Source: Octopus vulgaris (Eukaryota). From it: a stretch of 64,000 bases of DNA. The stretch is from positions 96,286,001-96,350,000 of the forward strand of contig OX597814.1 of the NCBI GenBank assembly GCA_951406725.2, read 5' to 3'. Each line of letters opens with the position of its first letter. Within the stretch, counting starts at the first letter, position 1. Shown in pieces: positions 52,813-64,000 of this stretch. A program made the position numbers and the translations under genes. Under the pieces are notes generated by a model that was given only the letters and a program-made list of their open reading frames with translations, ran no database searches and had not been told where the DNA came from.

Positions 52813-53778
52813 ACACTTTTTTCTGCAAAATAGTGGTAGCTTATCCTGTTCAGGCTATATTATTAACATTATCCTGCGTTTGAGAATTTAAAATCATTTC
52901 TTTAACTTTCTAAGACATCTCAATGCTTCTAAAGCAAACTTCGTTTATTTGTTTACGTTCGTCTTAATTTTAATTACTAATACTTAATTTTTTTACTGTT
53001 TTAATTTTTTAAAATTATTTTAATCTAATTTAATTTAAAATTATATTCGGCCTTCAGTTTTATTTAGTTTTTAAATAACTGTATATGATTTGATTTTAAC
53101 ATCACATTTCTCCCTCTAGTTCTATTTAATATCTAAGCTCACGAGAGCTTTCTCAGCCTTCCCTTCATAATATAGTTACTGCTGATTTTTCATTCATTTT
53201 CTAATAGGATTCCCTCAATATGCGCGATAATACAAATGACCAAATATTAAGGATTTAAGTTGATCATGACAAGGGACTTATACCAAATTCCAATACAATA
53301 TCTGGACGATATTTGACCTGAAAATAATTGAAATGTTTTCCCGTGTGATGACTCAATTACAAACACCAATGATTTTAGGACTGTCCTTGCCTTAATTTCG
53401 ACTATCTTCTGTCTCCTTTTCTATCAAATACCTCCCCTCCTCTATTCTTTTTATTCCTTCCTCTCTTCCTTTCTTTCCTTTACTTTTCTTTAGTCCTTCT
53501 CTTCCAAACCATTACTTCGCTTCCCTTACCTCTTTATCTCTCTTCCATTTACCTTATACTAATTCTTATTGCCTCTCTCCATTCCCCTCCGCATGCCTGT
53601 ACCATTCCTTCAGTGTTTTGCTTGGTTATAGCCAGAAATGATTCCGAAGAAAGCAGCATTCGTTTCTTAGGTCGTTCAATTTTTCTCAACCGACCAATGA
53701 GCCGATTGAGTAAACCTATAAATAACTAGCCTATAATAACTATTTGAAACAGCTGTTAGTGGAATTTACTACAATAAA

Positions 53779-53850
<72 letters not shown>

Positions 53851-53919
53851 TTAATGACCATTATTTATGCCTTGCTTATGTCTTGCTTATGTATGTATGT
53901 ATGTATGTATGTATGTATG

Positions 53920-53997
<78 letters not shown>

Positions 53998-54198
53998 ATC
54001 AACTGACGTGATGTTGCATTGGCTCCGCAGGTAACCCCTTTTTTCAACCTTTTATTGCACACATTTTGTTTTAATTTTTGTACACAAGGTGTGTAAAGCA
54101 CCCAGCTTTCGTTTGAGTGTGTTTTCAAGGAGGAATTAGCCCCTAGGGGCAGTTTTAAACCTATTTCTTCGATTTCCTTACCATATTTCTAGACAAAT

Positions 54199-55510
54199 AT
54201 GGCTAAGCGAAACCATGAGGCCGACTTCTCGCCTCCACCAATGCTAAAGGCGAAGGAAGCTGAAAGCAAAGCCGTTCCGCATGAACGCACACAGGCCTTA
54301 GAAAGCACGAATGCTTCTGCTACTATAACCACTGGCTCCAACACTACCGCCATCACCACTACAACCAATACGAATACTGAAAAAAAATTTGCCGCAGTTT
54401 TAAAGTTAAAGAAAACAGTCATGTGCTTTTCCAAAGAAGAACTGCTCGCCTGTAAAGCAATGTTTAAAAAAGACGAACTCAGCGTACAACTACAGACACC
54501 ACAAAACATCACGGAAAAAATCGAAAAAAAACCCCCAATTATTTACAGGATACTCAACCTAAAAAGAAGGCTATATGAAAAGGCCACTCAAGAAAATGTT
54601 GAAAAATGTTTAAGACCTATATGGGCCTTTAAAGACTACATCAGAAGGGGGAACATATTTGCTACGATCGAAGTTCGATTCGACAGTGAAGAAAGAGCCA
54701 AGGACCTCTCCACAAAGTCCTTCCAATTTGAAAATTTACTGATGATCCCTACATACCTTATTGTAGGGTCACAAAAATTAAAATAAAGAACGTGCCTCCA
54801 GAAATAGAAATATAATGGCTCGTGTCTGTCATTAGCTATGACATCGAGGACGAAATCCATATCTTGGAAATCGCTGTCGTGGACCAGCAAAACTGGATTG
54901 GCCAAGAAATCGAAATTCTTGCTCAAATTAATCCGAAAAAATTCAACATCGAGTCCAATTGAGAAAGAATTCGAGTTTACATGTGGCCGTTGAAGGCAAA
55001 TAGCCACGTTACTACGTTTGTGGTAGCAAAGTACACTTACAAACTACTTGGCCACTAGCACAGAAACAACAACAGCAACAACAACGACAACAAGATCACG
55101 AAAAACAACAACAACCACAAGCAAACCAAAAACAGCAAAAACCCAGCACTGCTACCCACACCGCCATATGCACAATTAATTAAACAGCTCTACAAACAAG
55201 TGAAAGAACATCAGCAACCAACAAGTCAGGCCAACCAAACAACACCACCACCACCAGCGCTACCAAGAACAGAAACACCACCACCACCACAGCCCAACTG
55301 TCACCAACCAGCACCAACACCAACAACAAAAATAAAACTCACTCAGAATACAGACCCCGATACACTTTCCCAACCACCTTCTGATTCCTCCGACATGTCG
55401 TCAGATGAAGACGACACAGAGGATTGGCAAGTGGCCACAGGGGGAAGGAGAAAAAGGGGGAAAAAGAATAGAGATGCAGGCAAACAAAGCAGGGAGTTTT
55501 ACCATTCCCA
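54199..55510 (+). pseudogene. non-LTR retrotransposon ORF1 (L1/Tx1-like), frameshifted and 3'-truncated at a microsatellite
   Basis: 195-aa ORF with RRM-like IEVRFDSEERAK, then IKNVPPEI, degenerate knuckle YVCGSKVHLQTTWP, Pro/Gln linker and WQVATGGRRKRGKK. Confidence 0.6.
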
Positions 55511-55522
55511 AAATGTGTGTGC

Positions 55523-55587
<65 letters not shown>

Positions 55588-57039
55588 GTATGATTTATGT
55601 ATGTGTATATGTATGCGCAAGAACTTAGAAATATGAGAAACCACTCATCAACAAACTTGTAGAATATTTTGTTCGTCTTCACCTCGGTTACATTCTCTTC
55701 TTTGTGTTTATTTGTAACATTCCGATTTTCTCTGCATAGTGTGTAGTAATTTTCGTTTATTATCGCCTTCGTGTCGAAATCGAAGCCTCATCTCGTTTGT
55801 ACTAGTTATAATGATCGGATGGATTTGTCTCACCTCCTTTGATATCATAGAATCTGGGGGAGCTGCAAAAAAAAAAAAAAAAAAAAAACCAAAAAAGCAT
55901 TGCTTAACGTTTTCTTGCAGTTTTGATACCATTCCCTATTTACAATACTCTATAAAAAATTTCATTCGGAATGGGACTTTAAATTTCGCCTCTTATCTTA
56001 TTCAACCAGTCTGGTCGAATAAGCCGTCAGGTGAAAGTGAATAATAAATTTAACTTTACTTTTAGAATTGAGTCTCCTCGATAAATGTTCAGCTGCTTTA
56101 GAATAAAAGCCCTAAGCATTTATAATTCTCTGTAATATTCAGTTTTCTATACTTTGTCCGAACGATTATATTTTTCCTGTAAATGGATAATACTATAAAA
56201 AATATTGCAAATATTTTTGTTTATATTTTTCTGCTATCAATAATTGAATTTAGAGCGTTGACTCCGTAACTGTTATTAGTCTCTCTCTATCATACATCGT
56301 CATTCAGTCACATAATTCCCAATTTTATTTTTATGGAGAGCCACCACAACTGTAGTAACTAAACCTTTGACCTTCATATCTAAAATTAGATTTTCTAATA
56401 TAAAGAAGCGTATTTTTCATTTCAGATTTGCTATCTATAATTCTGAATCTTATCATTTTGGAATATGGCGGATAAAGAATGTAAAAATACACTATAAATG
56501 ATTTGTTATACAATCCAGAATTTGAAACCAATAAGATATCACATGATTGTGAAAGAAGCAAAATTTTGGATAATACTTCGGAATGTCTATCGGTAATCAG
56601 GACATGCATTAGGTTCCCAAATATAATATGTAAAAGTTGCTGATTTACTCTAGACGAATAGTTAAAAGGTGTGAGAAAGAGAGTCGAAGAATTACCATGG
56701 TTACTGCTATTTCTACATCCATGATATTCCAAATTGTAGGAAGGTTAAAAAAAGCCAAGCAGTTCAGTACCCAGACGTACTGTCTTCTATAGTACCTGCT
56801 CTTCATAGCGAAAGTTTGCCAATACTACAATCACAAGCACATGTAATTAATATTACGTTGCAACTTGTACTTTGAGTTACTTAGAACCTGTAAGGCGAGC
56901 TTTGAAGCTCTCAGTAACTAAAAGTACTATTAACTTTACAATGGAAACCAATATCCATTACTACATATTACACACTCGGTACAAATGAAAGATTATGAAA
57001 ATGTTAAGCAGCTACTTACCAAAATCAACTACGCAGTAT

Positions 57040-57790
57040 AAAGGGTATGTGTGTGGGGTGATTTCAAGATGCTTGTCTTTATGCTTGGTATGCAGGGCGG
57101 TTATACAAAATATTTATGTTTCCTTTGCTTATACGAAAGCAAGGCTGTTGGTGATTATTACTGGAAAGTTCAGTTGCCCTCCTGCTACAATAAACATAGC
57201 CAGAAGGGTTAAATCATGTCAGACAGCCTCTTGTAGAGTCTGATAATGTTTTGTCACCTTCCTTTGTATAAAATTTAGATTAACGAAAGAGTTTGTAAAG
57301 TATTAGATTTTGGAAGAAAAGCTTTTCGAAAAATTGCCTTGTGTTTCTAAAGTTTACTGATGCTAAAAATCAAGGGTTGCATATTAGTTGTGCCTCAAGT
57401 AAATGTTGAAGTCTGAAAAACTTGAGAGGAAAATTATCAGAGTCAAAAGGAAGTATAGTATTCATTTTGCAATAAAGACTGTGGAGATTTACGGATGTTA
57501 ACCACAAGAAGCTGGTAACAAGGTTTTTGGAAAGAAACAATCATGGGCTGTCACGCATTTTTATCAGTGTATTTCTTGCATACATATTCTTATTTTTTCA
57601 CTTGGAAACTAAGCTGACGTCTGTGAGGGGGCACAATGAGGAACACGGTTTCACCAAGATTTTGCAACAATGGAGAGAAGACACCAAGGTCACTGGAATA
57701 TTACAATGATGGGAATCTATATAGCTGGTCTCTAGTTAGAAAAGGTAAAAGTGTTCACAAAAGGAAAGTGTGATCTGCAAAATATTTTAA
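57040..57790 (+). pseudogene. Chapaev3-like transposase relic, second copy
   Basis: GDFKMLVFMLGMQGGYTKYLCFLCLYESKA; degenerate PLHIKLG..FVK; FHQDFATMERRHQGHWNITMM. Confidence 0.65.
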
Positions 57791-57908
57791 ATTTTTAGAC
57801 TATTTTTTTATTTTCTGAGTTTTTCTATTATTTTACTTGTTCAATATATTATTTGAAAAAGTTTCAGGCAAATTAAGCATATTTTTCTCTCAGTATAGGT
57901 ATAGAAGT

Positions 57909-58310
57909 AAGGCGGCGGGCTGGCAGAAACTTTAGCAAGCCGGGCGAAATGCGTAGCCGTATTTCGTCTGCCGTTACGTTCTGAGTTCAAATTCCGCAGA
58001 GGTCGACTTTGCCTTTCATCCTTTCGGGGTTGATTAAATAAGTACCAGTTACGCACTGGGGTCGATATAATCGACTTAATCCATTTGTCTGTCCTTGTTT
58101 GTCCTCTCTGTGTTTAGCCCCTTGTGGGTAGTAAAGAAATAGGTATTTCGTCTGCCGCTACGTTCTGAGTTCAAGTTCTGCTGAGACTGACTTTGCCTTT
58201 CATCCTTTCAGGATCGATGAAATAAGTACCTATCAAGAACTGGTGTCGTAATAATTGACTAGTCTCCCTCCCCCCAAATTTCAGGCATGGACCTGTAGTT
58301 GAAAGGATTT
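57909..58310 (+). mobile_element. dimeric family-1 SINE (tail-A copy fused to a head-less tail-B copy)
   Basis: Junction AAAGAAATAG|GTATTTCGTCTGCC near 58142. Confidence 0.8.
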
Positions 58311-58733
58311 TATAAAGACTAAATACAAAACTAAAATATTTAAGAAAGGCATACCGATGAACGTCGAAAATACCGATCTCGAAATGATAAAAGGCAAAGT
58401 CGACCTCGGCAGAATTTCAACTCGGAGCATAAAGACGGCACAGCAAAACATTCTGTATAACCAGAGTATCAGATAATAGTACAAAATTGTGTCGTAATAA
58501 TTGACTAGTCTCCCTCCCCCCAAATTTCAGGCATGGACCTGTAGTTGAAAGGATTTTATAAAGACTAAATACAAAACTAAAATATTTAAGAAAATACCGA
58601 TGAACGTCGAAAATGCCGATCTCGAAATGATAAAAGGCGAAGTCGACCTCGGCAGAATTTCAACTCGGAGCATAAAGACGGCACAGCAAAACATTCTGTA
58701 TAACCAGAGTATCAGATAATAGTACAAAATTGT
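58243..58733. repeat. recent tandem duplication, 246-bp unit x2
   Basis: 58243-58488 versus 58489-58733 near-identical. Confidence 0.92.
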
Positions 58734-59651
58734 TGTAAGCTAGTAAATATTACCAAACTTTCAATAGCAAATTCTCAGCCAGCGCAGGTAAATAATACTT
58801 TTATTAGTTGAGTTTGTATGGAATATTATATTATTTACAAAGTTTTATAACCAACCTCTGTGTGCAACAGCTTACATTGTAGTGATGATATTGGATTATT
58901 GGTGAGAGTATACTTCGTATGAAGAGATCTTCAAATCTAGTATAATATTAGTGTGCAACTAGTTTAGGTTTCTATTTATTATATGTTGCTGTTATAAAAC
59001 TTTGGTAGGGTGATATTCGGTAGTACTACGTGTTGTAGTCAGAAATGACTCGATATATTACTCGCTACACCACAGCTCACTTGAAAAACTTATTTCTACC
59101 TAACCTTCTAGCATAGTAGCGCATTCTCAGACATCTGCCAAATAAATCTAAATATATCAATTGGATGAAGATTACATGGTATGCTTTTGCCATTAAAAAA
59201 AAAAGAAAACACTGAGATTAATTACTCAGAGACGCCATTCGCATGAAAAGTAAATGCAGAACATTAAAAAATCAACATCCAATTATGCATTAATGAAGGA
59301 GTCTCAGTGAATGATATCAGTTTAATCCTTTCGCTGTTGATTTTCAAGCGGATGGCGCCTGTTTGCTATTAACCCCAAAGATTTGTTTTCATAAATTTGT
59401 TAATTTTTCCATGTGCCGTTTGTTTAAAACAACGTAATCCTACTAAGAGATTCTTTCGCCTCTACTTCGACACGTACGGTGAAGTCTATGCTTCGTCACG
59501 GAGGTAGATTCAGTGAGCGGAATCTACCTTGCGTGCCTCCACTATTGCTAACAAGTGAACCTACGAGAGTGAATTGTGAATAAAAATCATTAGTTCGTCC
59601 TATGTCTGAAGAGAACCACATTTACACTATAATATAATCGGGTCATTTGAA

Positions 59652-59980
59652 ATCGCATGACTCAGTGGTTACAGCGTTGGGCTCACAATCATGGGGGAGT
59701 GAGTTCGATTCCCGGACCGGGTTGTGTTGTGTTCTTGAGCAAGATACTTTATTTCACGTTGCTACAGCTCACTCAGCTGTAGAAATGAGTTGCGACGTCA
59801 TTGGTGCCAAGCTGTATTGACCTTTGCCTTTCCCTTGGATAACATGGTTGGCACGGATAGGAGAGGCTGGTATGCATGGGCGACTGCTGGTCTTCCATAA
59901 ACAAATTTTCCCGAACTTGTACCTCGGAGGGTAACTTTCTAGGTGCAATCCCAAGGTCATTCATGACCGAAGGGAGTTCT
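59652..59980 (+). mobile_element. tRNA-derived SINE, family 2
   Basis: TGACTCAGTGG A-box, GTTCGATTCCC B-box, CTTGAGCAAGATACTT, CACTCAGCTGTAGAAATGAGT. Confidence 0.8.
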
Positions 59981-60153
59981 TCTCTATAACCATGTCATGT
60001 TAAAGTTCATTCAATAGGTCTTAACTAGGCAGGTGTACGGTATATTTGGTGCAATGGGGAAATGAATAGTGCCTCAAAACAAGGTTAAACAACTACACAT
60101 ACATGAGTATTATTATTTGGCGAACTTTAGGTTACTTAAAACAGGTTTGTGGT

Positions 60154-60653
60154 TTTTAAAGGCAAATTCACTGAAGTTATTGTGCAGAAAAAAAGTTTCT
60201 CTCATAGTAAAAGGTGTAAAACACCGCATTTACTCAGTGTTACCCTCTATCGGATTCCCAGACGCAGCGTTTCCAGCTCTTTAGCCGTTATCAATGGGGA
60301 ATGCCCAAGAGAGATACGGTGTTTTTACACCTTTTACCATAAGAAGGAATTTGCCTTTATTTGTTGAAATTTGTTACAAAGATATTTTAACTAATTTAAA
60401 GTTTGCTTATGACTAAACACTGCTTGATGATGATACTACTGAATGCCTTCCAACCTGTAGGTCCAGTAACGTGACTCAGTTAATGTTATTGATTGTGTTT
60501 TAGTTAAAGCTACGGTTTTAAATCTGCACAGAGTTACCTCACTTCAGTATTTCCTATTGACAACGGTTAAAGAGCTAGAAAGGTTGTGTCTGGGAATCCA
60601 TAGAGGGCAACACTGGGCAGATATGGGTAACTGCAGTGAATTTGCCTTTAAAA
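60154..60653. repeat. 26-bp inverted repeat pair, possible old MITE
   Basis: TTTTAAAGGCAAATTCACTGAAGTTA / TAACTGCAGTGAATTTGCCTTTAAAA. Confidence 0.5.
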
Positions 60654-60770
60654 TACGTCACATATTTCAACTCACCTAAAGTTCGCTTATACCCAAACAC
60701 TGCTTGACGCAGATACTAATGACTTATTATGGTTATGATTATGATTATCATCATTAATATTGTTATTATT

Positions 60771-60982
60771 AAGGTGGCAAAGCTGGAAGAATAGTTTGTA
60801 CACCGAGCAGAATGCTTAACGGTATTTCGTCCCTCCTTACATTTTGAGTTAGAGTTCCCCCGAGGTTTGGCTTTGCCTTTTATTCATCTGGGGTCGATTA
60901 AATAAGTAGCAATTGAACATTGGTGTCGATGTAATCAACTTAATTCGACCGCCGAAATTGCTGGCCTTTGCTAAAATTTGAA

Positions 60983-60984
<2 letters not shown>
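60771..60984 (+). mobile_element. degenerate family-1 SINE, tail B
   Basis: Similarity to family 1; ends AAATTTGAAAC then (TAC)n. Confidence 0.75.
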
Positions 60985-61033
<49 letters not shown>

Positions 61034-61034
61034 G

Positions 61035-61505
61035 AGATAGAGAGTACCGCATGTCATCTCAAAGTGACACTGGGGCACAATTATACAAATTATACATAGC
61101 CCAATATACACATCGTGACTACCCGTCTGATAAGGGTACACCAGACACATGCATCACAACCATATGTGCGCGACATGGTGATCTCATATCAAGATAAACA
61201 GCGCATAATCTTGCAGGTGGAACCCAGTTAGAATTTTCTTCAGGTCGAGTAGCCCATCCCGCTCAAAAGGTTCCTGATTAAGGCTTGTTTAATGATGATG
61301 AACGAAATACACCTGTTTCCAGAGATGAATTACTCAAACTCCAAATTCCTCTCAACACATGTTTATGATGTCACCGCGCTACTTCTGCTCGTTATCAGAG
61401 ATGCACATATCGTCAGCCATTAAAAGACATGCTCAGCTGGTTAAGATCAAACAATTGACAAGCAAATCCATGGTATTGAGCAGAATATTGGCTGTAACCT
61501 ATCTT
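61035..61505 (-). repeat. family-3 repeat, longest copy, ending at a (TAG)n tract
   Basis: Reverse-complement similarity to 27310-27555. Confidence 0.65.
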
Positions 61506-61519
61506 TTATACCTTTCTAT

Positions 61520-61708
61520 AATAGGCACAAGACCTGAAAGTCGGTGGAGGAGGATAGTCGATTACATCGACCCCAGTACTCAACTAGTACTTAATTTATC
61601 GACCCCGAATTGATGAAAGGAAAATTTGAACTCAGAACATAGCGACTGGCGAAATACAACTAAGCATTTCATCCAGCGTGTTAACAATTATGCCAGCTCG
61701 TTGCCTTA
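61520..61708 (-). mobile_element. degenerate family-1 SINE
   Basis: GTCGATTACATCGACCCCAGT..TTTATCGACCCCGAA. Confidence 0.75.
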
Positions 61709-61746
61709 GCCCATCTTTTATACCATGACAACGTGTTATTATTGTT

Positions 61747-61809
<63 letters not shown>

Positions 61810-61819
61810 GTTATTATTA

Positions 61820-64000
61820 TATGCTTGACTTTTGCTTTGTATTTGTACAAGTTGGCTCCAAGTATCACCCAGAGACCTCAAGAGACAACAAGTTAGAAGT
61901 TCATGTTGGTGTTATGCCTAGGGTGTCATATATTTGGTTTTGCACATAGTATTGTTCTAGAGAATGTTTAAGAGAACATGAGAAAATTATGAGTTTGTTT
62001 TAAAACTTTTACGTAGTATTTTACGTAGGATATGGGCAGTTCCTATGAGCACTATCCTTTGAATTTCTGCCATTTTTGGGTTTCTTGGTATCTGAGGTAG
62101 GTAGCAATCATTCCTAGGGCACCTATGACAACAGGTATTGTTTTTGTCTTGAGGCTCCACATTTTACCAATTTCTATTTCAAGATCTTTATACTTGCTCA
62201 GTTTTTGGTAGGTTTTGACAGATACATTTATGGCGATTAGGACAGTCATATCAACGAGGAGGCATGGTTTTTGTCCGAAGTCTTTTAATATTATGTCTGG
62301 CCTATTCGTATCTATCTTTCTGTCAGTTTCAATGGCGAAGTTCCAGAGGAGTGGGATGTAATCATTTTCAAGTATCGGAGGTGGTTTGTATTCCCACCAG
62401 TTTTAATCATGGGCAGGTCCAGGTTTTTGCAAATTACCCAGTGAATATATTGTACTGCTCTGTCATGCCTGTTGAGATACTGTGTAGGCGCAAGATGACT
62501 GCACTTGGAGACAACATGATCGATGGTTTCATTTTGTTGTTGACATACACATGTTGGGCTACTGACGTTCTTTAATATGTTGGCCTTGTAGATCCTTGTA
62601 GGTAGGCATTGATCTTGGGCTGCTATGATAAACCCTTCTGTTTCTGATTTTAAGCCAGAAGACACTAACCATTGATTGGTAAGGGCATTGTCAACATCGG
62701 CACTATTAGCTCTCATTGGACATTTGCTATTGAGAGGTTTTTCTTGCCATTTGTCAGTAAGCAGCAGTTTTAGCACGGGTTTTCATACGCTTAGCTTTTT
62801 CTGTGCTTCTTTCTAGTACGTCTAATTCTGGAATTTGTTGAATTCATTTAGATAATATTTGCTTGTTTTATTACTGAGAATGATTTTTTCTTGTTTTCGT
62901 GTTTTAAGGCAAGTTTTAACATCCATTCATCAGAGTTTTTGAGGTAGGTTTCTAGGCCAATTGTGAAAATCTTCATTGTTAATTCCAGTTGTAAAAGTTC
63001 ACGGCCAACTTCTTTTCTTGGCAGGTAAAGTCGCTCTATATCTGCCTTAGGGTTGTGCATTCTGTGCATTGTCAACAACTTTTGTACTTTTCTGTCAAGA
63101 TTTCATATTTCAATAATTGACCAGTTAATGATATTGAAACTGTAAGTCACGACTGGTATGGCTAAAGTATTGATTGCTTCGATCCTGTTTCTTGCATTCA
63201 GCTCTGTCTTGAGTATTGTCCTTACTTTGCGATATCATTCTTTTCTGATCTGTTCCCTCATCACTGAATGTTTGATTCCTTCCCTTTCAAATACCCCTAG
63301 GTATTTGTAGCTCACCGCTGGATCTAATTCCTTTATCACATTCTGCTGGTCAAGATTAACATTGGATGTTTCTGTCATTTTTCCTCTGATAAAGATAGCT
63401 TCTGTATATTTGTCGAGGCCAAATTTCACCCTGCTCTGATCGCTGAATTGTTTAACAATCGCTAGTAAACCCTGTAGTTGTTGGTCAGTTTTTCCAAAGA
63501 GCTTTAAATCATCCGTGTAAATGAGATAATTTATATTTTTATCAAATATTTTATAACCGTACTGAGCAATTTTGAGAGAGGTATGAAGGCTAGATAAAAG
63601 AGACGAGGTGATAGGGAGTCAATCTGGAAAATGCCATATGAAATTTTTACATCTCTCACATTAAGAGATTCATTGTCATTGTTCAAAGTCAGTGTGGTTC
63701 TCCATGATCTCATACTTACAGACAAGAAGTTTCGCAGTGTAGGTGCTATTTTATGAATTTTCAGACATTTCTTAATCTAGCTATGTGGCAGACTATCAAA
63801 GGCATTTTTTAGTCCATCCAGGCTATCGACAAGTTCTTATGTTGCTTGTGACAATTTTCCAAGATGATCTTATTAAAGAGTAGCTGATCTTTACAACCAT
63901 AGGATCCACATTTACATCCTTTTTGCTCATTAGAGAAGATGCCACTTTCTATTAAAAAAAAAAACTATAGGAATTTTCAGTCAAGGCAGATGTTAGCATT
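61820..64000 (-). mobile_element. R4/Dong-clade LINE 3' portion (runs off the window end)
   Basis: IFQIDSLSP, FGLDKY, YKYLG, ETEGFIIAAQDQ, ETIDHVVSKC, NRHD, KYKDLEIE, PVVIGALG; (TAA)n tail at 61750-61820. Confidence 0.92.

Overview
AT-rich, microsatellite-dense eukaryotic intergenic/intronic DNA. The SINE families suggest a cephalopod such as Octopus, but that is inference. I found no confident host protein-coding exon; almost everything recognisable is mobile DNA. This includes a near-full-length Penelope-like element (RT + GIY-YIG) with hammerhead-ribozyme (HHR) terminal repeats, and several R4/Dong-type LINE pieces attached to (TAA)n. It also includes a Tc1 element with an intron, hAT, Chapaev3-like and Gypsy relics, non-autonomous Helitrons, MITEs and many tRNA-derived SINEs. 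The most striking structure is a very young, non-coding 353-bp repeat at 1374-2447. Each unit carries one perfect type I hammerhead ribozyme, and the units form a tandem plus an inverted arm inside a (TA)n tract: a candidate circRNA-producing retrozyme about 1.3 kb from a plausible Penelope helper. In total I count 7 well-formed HHR motifs (3 with a U at core position 6) and 2 degenerate HHR-like loci, from several families.
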